From a virus, in IMG/VR virus record IMGVR_UViG_3300027797_000001, positions 50,923 through 114,922 of that record: a stretch of DNA of 64,000 nucleotides, one strand, 5' to 3'. The translations under genes were made by a program, and so were the position numbers. Positions 1-11,700 of the stretch are shown piece after piece. Position 1 is the stretch's first letter. Every line of letters starts with the position of its first letter. The notes under the pieces were generated by a model, which did not search any database, was not told where the DNA came from, and was given only the letters and a program-made list of their open reading frames with translations.

Positions 1-3000
1 GGTGGTTTACCTAAAGCTCAAAAAGGTGCAGCTACATACCAAGATAGTTTAGATGTATATAATAATGCTTTAAAACTAAAAGCTTTTTATGATTCAAAAA
101 AACAATTATATAATATATCTACTAGACCATGGTATGGTACAAGCAATTTAAAAAAGGAAGAAAAAGAAACATATGATTATGATAAAAATCCGGCTAACAA
201 TCCGGATGTAAAAACTTGGACACCTCAACAAAAAAGAAATTTTCAAAAAACAAAAGATTTAATTAAAGCAAATAAAGATCCAAACATTGCTTATATTACA
301 GATCTAATAACAGGTGCTTTAGATCCAGATGCTCCTGCTTCAAGATATGATAATAGAATTAAACCTCAATCAGAAATAGCATATTCGCCTTATAAAGCTC
401 AATATTCAAAAACAGAAGACTCACTTTATGACAAACTTCAGAAAAACTATGATGGTATGAGTAGTTATGGTGATCCAAGATTTCCTACCTTAACTCCAAG
501 TAAAAAAGATCTTTTAGATTATGCTAAAAAACTTGGTTATAGTCAAAAAGATGCTATAAGTCTTTTATATAAACTTAAAAGAGAAAATCTTGCTATGGCA
601 AACACACCTGGAGTTAATACTATCTTACCATATTATGATCCTCTTGCAGTAAAACCTGGGAAACTCCTTACAGATGATGAAATAAGAATTAGAGTTAAGA
701 AATATGGTACAACTGGTATTCCTCAAAATAGATTAGACAAACTTGGTTTAAATAGTTCAAACCCACCAAAAAGTTCAAACCCACCGAAAAAAAGTACATC
801 TTCTACAGTTACTAAATCACCATGTTCAAATCCAACAACTACTGTTATAAATAATGTACCAGATAAAATTCCTTTTGGAAAAAAGTTAGTTGGTACAGAT
901 GAAGAAACATTACCAGTAACTGGGAAAAAATGTGAGTATGTTAAAACTATAAATCCAATTTATGAGGATGTTACAATAGATCCTATTAAACCCCCAGCAA
1001 TTGCATTAAGAGTAGACAATGGTATTTTACCACCATTGCAACAATCAACTTATGTTCCACAAGAACCTATTGAAGCTCCACAATATGCATTAGGCCCTTA
1101 TACTGCTGATAGATTACGTTTATCAGTAACACCTGGAAAAACAAAAAAAGTAACAAAACGTGGAAGATTGTTTGATGGTAAAGGTCAAGGATATAAACAT
1201 ACAGAATATAAATCAACTAAAGATTTGGAGTTTGGAAAAAAAGAAGTTACTAGATTAATACCAAGAATTGTTCAGAAGATTACTGGTTATGATCCAGAAT
1301 ACTTTGAAGGTTCTTATGATGAAGAAGGTAACTATATTCCTGGAGAATTAGACTTTGGTAATGAGGTTGGTGGTAGAATGGAATTTAGAGGAGCTGCATC
1401 TTTACAAGATTTAATAAATCAACAGAAGTATGCAAAAGACTGGGAAGAGTATGAAAGAAAGATTGATGAGAGAGAAGAACAATCAAAGAAAAAACAAGAA
1501 GAGGGTAGAGCATTTAAAAAAGGTGGAACAAAGAAAAGAATATATAACCCTAATGCAAAGTATTATGCGGATGGTGGAGAAAATTTACAAGAAGAATGTC
1601 CACCATATCACTATTGGAATGGAGAAACTTGTGTTCCAGTTAGTAGAGAGCTTGCTCCTCTTGATCCACAATACTTATCAGAAAATCCAGATGTTGCAAC
1701 AAACATGCAAATTGAACCAGAAGTAAGTGTTAGTCCATTAGGTTCGGATTTTTCCAAGGCAAAGTCATGGATTGATAAATGGCATGATTCTCCAATGCAT
1801 GATAAAATGCTTATGAAATCATTACAGGGTAATAAAAAACTTTTTAAAGAATATAAGGATAAAAGAAAAAAAAATATACAAACTATTCCAGCACTAAATA
1901 TTAGTTTAGATAAAAGTGATCCTTTATATAAAGAAATAAAAGATTATTATGGGTTTGCTCCATGGGGAGCATCGGATAGTAATACAGGTGCTGTTTCAAT
2001 ATATAATTCTCATCCTGGAAATAAACAAATGTTAATTCATGAGGTTACTCATTCTTCTGATAGACCAGATGATAAATTAGGTAGACTTATTCCACCTAAT
2101 GACCAATTAACAATACAATATAGAATCCCATTAAATTGGAAATATAGTCAATATGGTAAAGATATGATGAAAGAATATAAAGAAAAAGGGTGGCGGTTAG
2201 ATGATGAATATATGGGTGAAGAAGAAATACCAAGAGATATATATGAACAACAACAATTTAATGATTGGAATAAATATTTATTAAGTGACCAAGGAACTGA
2301 GGTTAGAGCAAGATTAAGTGAGATAAGACAGGATGCACAAGAACAAAATATTTATGACCCTTTTAATAAAAAAATAACAAGAAGGCAATTTAAAAATTTA
2401 AAAAATATAAAATATCCTGATTCATTAGATGACCTTAAAAAAACTTTTTCTGATAAAGATATAAAGTGGATGTTAAATAACATTTCTAAAAACAATAATG
2501 AAACTGAAGATGCTATTCAATATGGTAAAAAAGGTGGGGCAAAGAAAAAATACACAAGTGATATAATTAATAGTACTAATTATCTTTTTGCGGAACATCC
2601 TTTATTTAAAAAGAAGAAACAATCTAAGAAAAGAATATATAACCCTAATGCAAAGTATTATCAATTAGGTGGATTAACACGATTTGTACCACAAGCTGGT
2701 AGAATGTTTGCTTTACCACCTATTACTAATACAATTGCAAATACTGCACCAGGTATTTTAAATTCTATAAAGACTATATCGCAAAAACTTCCTACTAATT
2801 TATTAGATGAAGGTGCAAGAGATTTATTACATTATCCTAGTTTTGATGTTACACTTGGAGAATCAAATTTAACAGGAGTTGATGCTGCAAAGTATTTGGG
2901 AGACTTTGGCTTTAAACCATATTCAGAAGGTTGGACAGCTCTAAGTGACATGAAAAATGCATTTGAAGGAAAACAATGGAATCCTAGTAAAGAAGATTAT

Positions 3001-5541
3001 TATACTCTTGATGAAATTTATAATTTAATAAATAAGCAAACAAATTATTTAAATGATCTTGCTAAGTTTAATGAAACAAATCCTGATGAATTAGGTGAGT
3101 ATGGAAATTTATTAAGATGGATGCAAAATGATTTTAGTAGAGATGAATTATTTTCATTGTTATTTCCAAATTCTAGTAGACCAAATTTTAAAGAAAAATT
3201 TTATCGCCCAGAACATATAAATTTATTAAAACAAACTACACCCAATCCTGAAACTGGTATAAATTTATATGATAATTTAATTAAAAATACCAATTTTGGA
3301 GATAAAGGTTTAGTAGATAAGTATACATTAAGAAGATCAATAACAGAACCTAATACTGAAATATTACCGGGATCTGAAGATCTAATGTTATATAGACAAA
3401 GATATGAACCCTACAGAGGTTTAGATGCTGGTAATTTAAGTGAACGTAAAGATGTAATAGAGTTTCTTAAAGATCATGATGGCATTTTAGGTTTTGAATT
3501 TAAAGATCTTAATAATGAATATTCCAATAATTTAAATTATTGGAAAGAACAAATATTTGAAAAGTTTGATAATCGACAATATAAAAAATTTCAAAAGAAG
3601 TTTAAAGAACAATCTAAACCTGGAACTAGCTCTAAACTTAAAGGATTAGATGCTTATAATCAAATAATTAATAGAACTGGTTCTAGAAATAAATACGGAG
3701 GAGAACTACCTAAAGGTAAATACGGATACTCTGTTGGTAATCTTATAAGAAAACAATTTGGTGGTTTAGGTAGAGATCAAAGTTTATCAGTTTCACCATA
3801 TGATCTTGATACTTACATTGGAGCTTCTGGAAATCAAATATATAATCCAGGATATAGTCTTACATATAATAAGCCAAACCTTTTTAAAAAATTAGATGTA
3901 GTTGGAACTCCTTTTCAAGTATCAATAGGAAGACCTTATAATACTGATCCAAATAGTTTAACTAATCAATCTTTAAATTTTGGAACATCATATGACTATG
4001 AATATATGGATCCAGGAGTACAACAAGGTCCACAACAAGAAGCTATAAATAATGCAGCTGCACAATATTTAGGAAAGGATGTTCAAGATTTAAACCAATC
4101 TGATTTAAATAAATTTTCAGCATTTAAATCATTAGGGGAAATTAAAAATGCTTATGCTCCAGGAAAACCAATTAATTTATCTACAAAACTTTCATTTTTA
4201 GGTAAAGCATTTAGTGACCAACCTGTTAGAGGTTTTGGATCAATATCTGGTGGTTATAATCCTGAAGCAGGTTTTTGGGCAGGAGCTGATCTTGGAGGTT
4301 TTGGAGTAATCTCAAATAAAAAACCAAAAACATATTTTGATAGAGGTTTATCTAGAAAAGGAGATTGGGCGGTTATTCCTAGTCTTTCTTTATTCTCTCC
4401 AGCAATTAGACAAAAAGGAATTGCAAATCTAGAACAATCTGCAGAGTATAAACGCTTATTAGAAAAAGATATACAAGAGGGTACTGATTCAGCACAAAAT
4501 TATTATGATAATCAATTAGATGATCAGGGTAAGTCAACAATGACATTTAATGCAAGACCGGAAATTAAAGCGCAACTTAAACCATTTAAAAAGTTTCCCG
4601 GAATCTTAGAAGGGGTAGTTGGAGCTAATATAGATTTTATAAGTGGTGGTAAGGATTCTATGGATAAAATTACAACTAATATAAACCCATACGGCAAAAT
4701 ATCATATGCTGTTTCTATTCAAGATGAGTTAGATAGAATGAAACGTAAGATGAAAAATGTAGAATTTCCTGATAAAAAACACTATGAAGATTACGTAGAA
4801 GAATATGAAAATCAAACTACAGAAGAAACTCCTACAGAAACTGATAATCAAATTAATCCACCGGAGGTTGAATTAAATTTTGATGGTCAAGGAGTAGGAA
4901 AAGCAGACTGCCCTAAAGGCTATGAAAGACCATGTGAAAAATGCAGATGTCAAAAAATAAAAATGCCTCAAATGTATACAGACAAAAGAGGTAAACAGTT
5001 ATTTGGCAATGAGCCTATTAGATTTCAAGATGGTGGAGAACAGGATGCAATGAATGCTATGATGAAAGCAAGACTTGCTTATGCTAATATGTTTGGTAAT
5101 CCCTCAGCACAAAGAATGATTAATCTTCCAGATCAACCTTATGAATTTGATAATGGGAATACAGGCACACACTACATGGCAAGTATGGATAACTATGCTG
5201 TACCTCAAATTCAAGATGAGAATGGAGTATTACAGATTGGAAACTATGGTCCAGAATCTACTGAGGCAATGAGATTTGACTCAGATGAAGATGCTAATTA
5301 TTTTGCAGAAAACTATAAAGATGTTTCACCAGGATTTATGGATCTAGAACTTGATGATAATGAGATAGAAGAATACAGAAAAGGTGGTTATATAATAGAA
5401 GATATTTCTGTGCCTTCACTAACTAGAATGCAGCCTGTTGGTAAATATCAAGATGGTGGAGAATATCAATTGGGTGATGAAGTAGATGAAGCTACTATGA
5501 AACAATTAAAAAAATTAGGTTTTACATTTGAACAAATTTAG
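1..5541 (+). CDS. Large modular virion/cargo protein (5' truncated by the window), with GG-motif-delimited modules including a HExxH zincin-like module
   Basis: Frame 1 is open from base 1 (GGLPKAQKGAATYQ...) into the listed ORF at 457, so the true start lies upstream. Contains repeated [FY]xxGG motifs and HEVTH at 2038-2052. Lies in the structural block upstream of the virion RNAP. Confidence 0.75.
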   Translation, partial: GGLPKAQKGAATYQDSLDVYNNALKLKAFYDSKKQLYNISTRPWYGTSNLKKEEKETYDYDKNPANNPDVKTWTPQQKRNFQKTKDLIKANKDPNIAYITDLITGALDPDAPASRYDNRIKPQSEIAYSPYKAQYSKTEDSLYDKLQKNYDGMSSYGDPRFPTLTPSKKDLLDYAKKLGYSQKDAISLLYKLKRENLAMANTPGVNTILPYYDPLAVKPGKLLTDDEIRIRVKKYGTTGIPQNRLDKLGLNSSNPPKSSNPPKKSTSSTVTKSPCSNPTTTVINNVPDKIPFGKKLVGTDEETLPVTGKKCEYVKTINPIYEDVTIDPIKPPAIALRVDNGILPPLQQSTYVPQEPIEAPQYALGPYTADRLRLSVTPGKTKKVTKRGRLFDGKGQGYKHTEYKSTKDLEFGKKEVTRLIPRIVQKITGYDPEYFEGSYDEEGNYIPGELDFGNEVGGRMEFRGAASLQDLINQQKYAKDWEEYERKIDEREEQSKKKQEEGRAFKKGGTKKRIYNPNAKYYADGGENLQEECPPYHYWNGETCVPVSRELAPLDPQYLSENPDVATNMQIEPEVSVSPLGSDFSKAKSWIDKWHDSPMHDKMLMKSLQGNKKLFKEYKDKRKKNIQTIPALNISLDKSDPLYKEIKDYYGFAPWGASDSNTGAVSIYNSHPGNKQMLIHEVTHSSDRPDDKLGRLIPPNDQLTIQYRIPLNWKYSQYGKDMMKEYKEKGWRLDDEYMGEEEIPRDIYEQQQFNDWNKYLLSDQGTEVRARLSEIRQDAQEQNIYDPFNKKITRRQFKNLKNIKYPDSLDDLKKTFSDKDIKWMLNNISKNNNETEDAIQYGKKGGAKKKYTSDIINSTNYLFAEHPLFKKKKQSKKRIYNPNAKYYQLGGLTRFVPQAGRMFALPPITNTIANTAPGILNSIKTISQKLPTNLLDEGARDLLHYPSFDVTLGESNLTGVDAAKYLGDFGFKPYSEGWTALSDMKNAFEGKQWNPSKEDYYTLDEIYNLINKQTNYLNDLAKFNETNPDELGEYGNLLRWMQNDFSRDELFSLLFPNSSRPNFKEKFYRPEHINLLKQTTPNPETGINLYDNLIKNTNFGDKGLVDKYTLRRSITEPNTEILPGSEDLMLYRQRYEPYRGLDAGNLSERKDVIEFLKDHDGILGFEFKDLNNEYSNNLNYWKEQIFEKFDNRQYKKFQKKFKEQSKPGTSSKLKGLDAYNQIINRTGSRNKYGGELPKGKYGYSVGNLIRKQFGGLGRDQSLSVSPYDLDTYIGASGNQIYNPGYSLTYNKPNLFKKLDVVGTPFQVSIGRPYNTDPNSLTNQSLNFGTSYDYEYMDPGVQQGPQQEAINNAAAQYLGKDVQDLNQSDLNKFSAFKSLGEIKNAYAPGKPINLSTKLSFLGKAFSDQPVRGFGSISGGYNPEAGFWAGADLGGFGVISNKKPKTYFDRGLSRKGDWAVIPSLSLFSPAIRQKGIANLEQSAEYKRLLEKDIQEGTDSAQNYYDNQLDDQGKSTMTFNARPEIKAQLKPFKKFPGILEGVVGANIDFISGGKDSMDKITTNINPYGKISYAVSIQDELDRMKRKMKNVEFPDKKHYEDYVEEYENQTTEETPTETDNQINPPEVELNFDGQGVGKADCPKGYERPCEKCRCQKIKMPQMYTDKRGKQLFGNEPIRFQDGGEQDAMNAMMKARLAYANMFGNPSAQRMINLPDQPYEFDNGNTGTHYMASMDNYAVPQIQDENGVLQIGNYGPESTEAMRFDSDEDANYFAENYKDVSPGFMDLELDDNEIEEYRKGGYIIEDISVPSLTRMQPVGKYQDGGEYQLGDEVDEATMKQLKKLGFTFEQI
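754..789 (+). repeat. 18-bp tandem repeat x2 (SSNPPK)
   Basis: agttcaaacccaccaaaa / agttcaaacccaccgaaa. Confidence 0.9.
1531..1566 (+). repeat. 36-bp exact direct repeat, copy 1 (KKRIYNPNAKYY)
   Basis: aagaaaagaatatataaccctaatgcaaagtattat, identical to 2626-2661. Confidence 0.95.
2626..2661 (+). repeat. 36-bp exact direct repeat, copy 2
   Basis: Identical to 1531-1566. Confidence 0.95.
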
Positions 5542-5543
5542 TG

Positions 5544-8500
5544 ATGGCAAAGTATAGAATTACAAGTTTACCGCAGTCTTTACCTAAAGCACAAAAAGGA
5601 TTATTTAATAAAAGAAATAAAATATCTGTTAGAAACGGTGAAGTTAAATTGTTTCCAAATTTATTTGGTGATAAAAAAAGAAACAATATAGATACTCAAG
5701 ATCAATCAGATGATACACAATATAACTGGTCTGGCACAACTCCAGAATTAATGCAACCTGATCAAGAGTCTTTTGAATTAAAACCTACATATGCACCAAC
5801 ACCAGAGTTTACTCAAGCAGATGTTAATTTAAGTTCTACTCTTAGTAAAATACAAGAGGAGAGAGACAGATTAGCTCAAGAAAAAGAAAACAAGGATTGG
5901 GAAGAGATGATGAAAAAAAGAGATGAGAAATTTAAAACTTCTAAAAAATATGATAAAATAGAACCTTTGCTTACAATTGATTCTGAAGGATATGCAGATG
6001 AGGATCTTGCTTATTTTCAAGAGGCTGGATATTTTCCAGTAAAAGATTCAAAAACAAATAAAATAAATTTATATCCATCAAATGAAATAAATTCAAAAAT
6101 TATTAATAATGGTTTAAGAACAGATGAGATTGTTAAAAAACTTGGAATAGGTGATGCTGAATCTGTGAAGTCTGCTTTTGGAGATTTAATGACTGCTGCA
6201 GATCAACAGTATTCGGCTACTGTTCAAAACAAATTATTACAAAAATCACTAGATGAAGGTATTAGTTTAGAAGACGCAGTTAAAAAATTATCTGGTAAAC
6301 TTGGAACTGAAAAAGGTCTTCAAAAATATGTTGCGCCTACTACTGATTTAATAAATAATTATATTGATGAAATTAAAAAAAATGTAAACCAACCTGCGGA
6401 GAAAGAACTTCAGTCAATGTACTATGATAATAGAAATCCTAATCAAGGTTATTCTCCAAAGATTGATTATAATTCATATGATCCAGGGTTAAAATATAAC
6501 ACGGATTATTATAATACTACAAATAATTGGGGACAATTTCTTAAAGACTATTCTGATTATAATAAAGAGTATGATAAAGAATATGCAGATTCATTTTATA
6601 ATAAACAAAATCAAACTGCTGATAAATTAAATTTACCTGTGTCAGATAGAACAGGAAATTTAAAAAATCAACAAGATGTGATTAATCAAAATATATCATT
6701 AACTAAACAAGTTGGAGATGTTTCTACAGAAGCAGGAAATAAAACAATAAATAAGAAGTATATAGAACAACTACAGGCAGACATGGCAAGAGTTTCTGAT
6801 CCTTTAGTTAAATATGAACTAAGTAAAAAACTTGATGCAGTAAAAAATAATCCAGAAGCTTTTTCTAAACTCTTAAAAGGTTTTGAATCTGGAGAAGTCT
6901 TTACAAAAGAAGATGAAGATAATATCAATGCTTTAACTTTTAGTATCCTTCAAAAAGAATCAAATCCAGATACTATAAAAGCTGGTGTAGATAGACCTAA
7001 ACTTACAACATCAGATAAAGTATTTGATGTATTAACTAATCCATTTGACGCATTTAAATATTCAAACCAAGGAGGTTTAGATAATATGTGGACTAGCGGT
7101 ATGGGTTATAATGAAAGAAAACTTTTAGAAAGAGCTAATCCAGAATTAAATCTTGGAACACAAGATAATCTAGTTGGTAATGCTTTGAATACATGGAATC
7201 CAATGAGATTTGCAAGAGATGTAGATTCTGATCTAGATAGAGAAGACTATGCTTCTGCTGGTTTAGAGGCACTTGAGTTTGCTACTCCTGCAATGTTTTC
7301 AAAAGCTGCAAGAGCTGGTAGATTAGCTAGAGACGCAAGTAAGTTTTTTCCAACTGGTTCAATCACACCAGGATTAAAAGGATTTACCGGATCTGCTTTT
7401 GAATCATTAAATCCCTATTTTGCATATGAGGCAATAAGACCAGGGGGAGAATTAAATAGATCATACGATTTACTTAAAGAAGGAAATATTAAAGAAGGAC
7501 TTCAAGAAGGTGCTTTTGGTCTATTAAATCTTTTACCTGCAGCTGGTACTTTTAAAAGTTTAAAAAGTGCTGAAAACATAGGTGGTGCTAAACCATTTGT
7601 ATCACAACAATTAAGTTTTAAGAAAGGAGGAGAGTTACCTACTTATCAAGGGCCAATAAGATCAATTGTAAAAAGTATTCCTTCTAAACTTGGTAATTTA
7701 GCAATGAAGACTGGAATAAAAACATTGCAACTTCCCGGAGTTAAACCTTTTTTTAGAAGTAACTATAATCCAATTAGTTATCCAATTAGTTATCCAATAA
7801 AACTTTTAGGTGAAAAAATAGCTAGACAATCTCTTAGTCCAAGTAGAAATAAAGAACAAGTTATTGCTGCACTTACTAAAAAAGCAGCCCCAGAAGAAAA
7901 CCTTTATTTTGGTAATGTAACTGCTGTGGATCCAGAATATGGTTATGGTAAAAGAGATTTAATTGCTAATTATTTTAGAGGTATAGATACTGGTTTTAAA
8001 CCAATTGACTATGATATTTATTCAGATCCTGGTTTAAAAAAATATATAGATAGATATGGACCTTTAAAAACATATGAACTTAATTCATCTGTTAAACATG
8101 GTCAACCTTTAGACATTGCTGATTTTACTAGGCTGCTAAATATAGATGATACTAAATTAAGTAATTTTGATCAAGATCTTTATGAAGATGAAGTTTTTCA
8201 AAATATGCCTGGTTTAGAAGATTATTACTATAATGAGTATATGAATAATCTTCCTGGAACTAGTACTCCTAGTCCATATAAAGCACAAAGACAATACTAT
8301 AAAAAAATGTTACATCAATATTTTGATAAACGCGGTATAGAAGTTCTCCCTCTAGTTGTTGATCCAGATTTGAATACATTAGGTAATGTTAAAAATTATT
8401 TAAGCCGTAATCCCGCTATATCATATGATGATCTTGCTGGTCATATGGGTTATTTAAAAAGATTGCCAAACAAAGAAGATTTTGAATTTACTACAAGAGA

Positions 8501-8732
8501 TATATGGAAATTTACACCTGATGACTATCATTCTAAATGGGCAGGATCTTCAAATAAAGATGAACTGTTTAAACAATTACAAGTTGAGGCTATGGATGCA
8601 TTTGGAAAACCATTTGTTTTAACCCAAACAAATCCAATGAAATTTAAAAACGGTGGTTCAATGGAATTAGAATTAACACCAAAACAAATTAAAGAGTATA
8701 TAAAAGCTGGATATATCATTGAAGATATCTAA
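5544..8732 (+). CDS. Virion/cargo protein with N-terminal KYRITSLP..LPKAQKG motif and C-terminal ELTPKQIKEYIKAGYIIEDI motif
   Basis: Long ORF (ATG 5544, or GTG 5541). Shares terminal motifs and FKKGG/FKNGG motifs with its neighbours. Confidence 0.75.
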   Translation: MAKYRITSLPQSLPKAQKGLFNKRNKISVRNGEVKLFPNLFGDKKRNNIDTQDQSDDTQYNWSGTTPELMQPDQESFELKPTYAPTPEFTQADVNLSSTLSKIQEERDRLAQEKENKDWEEMMKKRDEKFKTSKKYDKIEPLLTIDSEGYADEDLAYFQEAGYFPVKDSKTNKINLYPSNEINSKIINNGLRTDEIVKKLGIGDAESVKSAFGDLMTAADQQYSATVQNKLLQKSLDEGISLEDAVKKLSGKLGTEKGLQKYVAPTTDLINNYIDEIKKNVNQPAEKELQSMYYDNRNPNQGYSPKIDYNSYDPGLKYNTDYYNTTNNWGQFLKDYSDYNKEYDKEYADSFYNKQNQTADKLNLPVSDRTGNLKNQQDVINQNISLTKQVGDVSTEAGNKTINKKYIEQLQADMARVSDPLVKYELSKKLDAVKNNPEAFSKLLKGFESGEVFTKEDEDNINALTFSILQKESNPDTIKAGVDRPKLTTSDKVFDVLTNPFDAFKYSNQGGLDNMWTSGMGYNERKLLERANPELNLGTQDNLVGNALNTWNPMRFARDVDSDLDREDYASAGLEALEFATPAMFSKAARAGRLARDASKFFPTGSITPGLKGFTGSAFESLNPYFAYEAIRPGGELNRSYDLLKEGNIKEGLQEGAFGLLNLLPAAGTFKSLKSAENIGGAKPFVSQQLSFKKGGELPTYQGPIRSIVKSIPSKLGNLAMKTGIKTLQLPGVKPFFRSNYNPISYPISYPIKLLGEKIARQSLSPSRNKEQVIAALTKKAAPEENLYFGNVTAVDPEYGYGKRDLIANYFRGIDTGFKPIDYDIYSDPGLKKYIDRYGPLKTYELNSSVKHGQPLDIADFTRLLNIDDTKLSNFDQDLYEDEVFQNMPGLEDYYYNEYMNNLPGTSTPSPYKAQRQYYKKMLHQYFDKRGIEVLPLVVDPDLNTLGNVKNYLSRNPAISYDDLAGHMGYLKRLPNKEDFEFTTRDIWKFTPDDYHSKWAGSSNKDELFKQLQVEAMDAFGKPFVLTQTNPMKFKNGGSMELELTPKQIKEYIKAGYIIEDI
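7768..7798 (+). repeat. 12-bp tandem repeat, about 2.6 copies (PISYPISYPI)
   Basis: atccaattagtt atccaattagtt atccaat. Confidence 0.85.
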
Positions 8733-8790
8733 ACCTTTGAAGTTTACTCATTAAATTTATTTTTAGTATATTTAATATATAACGTGCACA
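8730..8790 (+). promoter_or_regulatory. Putative late promoter region: TAAAC-N7-GTTTA box plus TTTTAGTATATTTA..TATA element
   Basis: Same arrangement recurs at 15082-15143; AT-rich intergenic gap ahead of a structural gene. Confidence 0.45.
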
Positions 8791-11700
8791 ATGACAAAAA
8801 AGAAAGTAAGAATATACAAGGCTCCAGATGGTAAAGGTCAGTATATAAATAAAACTGCAAAGTTCTTAAAGAAAGCTGCATTTGGTGGTCAATCAGATAC
8901 TCCGCAAGAGGATATGTATTCTCAATTGGCACAAGCTTCATATATGTCTATTAAAAAGGGACAAAGTCCAAAGGCAGTATATGACTTTTTAATTAATAAT
9001 AAAATTAGTAAAGATGTTGCTGAGAAAATTGTGACAAGTGTTATACAGTTCATGATGTCAAAAGGTGAATTAGAACAAGAAGACCTTGACGAAGATCAGC
9101 AAAAAGAGCAACAGATGCAAGCTCAAATGCAACAACAGCAACAAGAAAAAGAACAAATGGCTTCTGAACAAGATGCTGCTAATGAAGCACAGATGGACAT
9201 GTACAACAAACAAAGTATGGATGTTGCTAATGACATGTCTCAGTATGATCAAGAAGCAGAAGCTAACTTAGATACAGAAGATATATTAGGTTTTCAGGCT
9301 GGTGGTCAAATGACTACAGATGATTTATTGTCAGAACTTAATAAGCATGATAATGATATTAATTTCCAAGATTTAGAATCATTAATTCAGTCTACTCCTG
9401 GAACACAAAGTGCATCATTCCCAGGGATTGAAGAATACTACTTACCTTATATTCCACTTTATAGTGAAAGCAATGAGATTCCAATTTATAATCCAATACA
9501 AAGTGATAATCAATATAAGTTTGGGGGAAAAACAAAAAAGAAATTTATAGGATCAGTACTAGAACTTTTAAAGAAAGAAGAGGGTGGCGAGGATGAAGTA
9601 ATTAATAATACTACAGCTACTCCTAAAGATGATCTTACAAATACTGTTAAGAGAAAACAAGATTCATTTGTATCAGCATTAAGTGACGAAGCTAAAAAAA
9701 TAAAAATAGAAGAGTATTATAATCAAATTAAAAATACAAATGATCCAGATACTCAAGAAATTTTAGGTGGAGGCCCTGATCAAATGAAAAGGGGTGGCAG
9801 AACTAAAAGAAAAGATAATAGACTGCTTAGAAAATTAAATAGAATACTAGGACAAAATGATATGTATGGTATGCAAGGGTATATGCCATATAATTATTTT
9901 AATAAGCGTAGTGGAGATTTTGCAAATCAAAGATTTGATACTTTAGACTATCCATCAATTGCAGAATACTATAAAGCATTGTTAGAGAAAATGCCAGTGT
10001 TAAATCAAATGTCAAGAGTATTGCCTCAAGTAGATGTTTATGACACAGGTTTATTTGGTAGACCAAAGAAGTATAAGATTTCATATAACATTCAACCAGT
10101 AGATAAATCTGCAGAAAGACAAGCTATGGAAGCTGTTATTAAGAACAATACTGGATCATCTTTCCCAATGTTATATCCAAATCCTGGTTATGATGGTTCT
10201 CCTGCTCCAGCTGGTACAATGTTAGATGTAGTTAATGACCGCTCTATAGCTCCTATACAATATGATGCATCTGTAAAACCTATGGTTCCTACAGGTCCAA
10301 TGGCTTTTCAGTTTGGAGGTTCAGCTATTTTTGATCCTTCTGCAAGTACATTAGCAAAATATATCTATGGTGGCAATGATTTTCCAGAAGATTCTAAGAA
10401 TGTAAATGATCCATACTTTTCAGATACTACACCATATCCACAAATGCAAAATGGCGGAGATCCCACTGAATATACACATTATACTCATGGAGCTAATGAT
10501 GTATTTCATGATAACATGAATATGATAAATCAAGCTAAGGATGGTTTAGAAACTGGTGGTGATGAATATGCTCTTGATTATATAAGACAACTTGCTGGTC
10601 AAATGAAGCAGTATAATAAAGCTTCTAGAAAATTAGGAAGGCAGGCAAGAAGAATGACTGGAAATACCATGTTAGATTATTTAATTCCTATCAATAGACC
10701 TTTTGAGTATGCAGGAAGTTATGGTCAACAAAGGGGAATGCCATTTGATTATGAGACCGGTGAAGAATACACCGGTGAAATAGACCCATCTAATTTTGTA
10801 GCAAGGGATAATTATAAAATAGGAATGTTTGGTAAACCTAAAAAATTTATAGATTATTATTCAGTAGGTAATGAAGGACTTAATGTTCCAGATGATTTTT
10901 CAGAAATTGAACCATATACAAAGTCAAAACAAAAAGCTCCTGCTCAACAAGATGTTTATAATGAACAAGAAGAGGAAGACATTTCTTTTCGTCAAGCAAG
11001 AAGGAATGATGGCGTAAGTAATATTAGAGGTGCTTTTGCAAGAATGTTTCCTGAAAGTTCAGGTAGAGAAGATAGAGAAAGAATGTTTCCTATGCTCAGA
11101 GCTCAAGACTCAGATAGAAGTGAAGACAGAAGATTGTTTCCAATGATGAGGGCGGATAAAAAACAAGAAGGTGGAGAACCAAACCAGGATGATTATTATA
11201 ATGATTTATTTTCTAAATTAAACTATAGTAATACCTATAGCAATTATTACAATGAATTAGAATTTAGAAAAGGTGGAAGAGTATTAAGAAAAGCATTTGC
11301 GGGTTTAGAAAATACACCTGTTTCATATAATGACAATCCAGTTACTTCACAAAATATTATTAGTCAAAATACTCCAGATCCTATGGAGCAAATGACAGCA
11401 TTTCAAGGACCTATTATAGAAGATAGTGACTTTAATTTTCCAACTGATCTTCCTGGACCAGTTTCTACAACTAAACCTTATGTTGAACCTGCAGAAGATG
11501 ATTGGTCAGGTCCTCAAATGAGTAATCCAGACATAGATTATCCTGCTGGTCCTGAGAAACTTAAAAATAAATTAGTAGGTGTTAAGAGAAAAAGAAAAGA
11601 TATGTTTAATATAGATCCAGAAGCAGGTGTTAATGCATTTAATGCTGGAGCTAGAGGAGTTCTTGGTGGTATTGATAGAATGAGGAATAAGAAACAAGAA

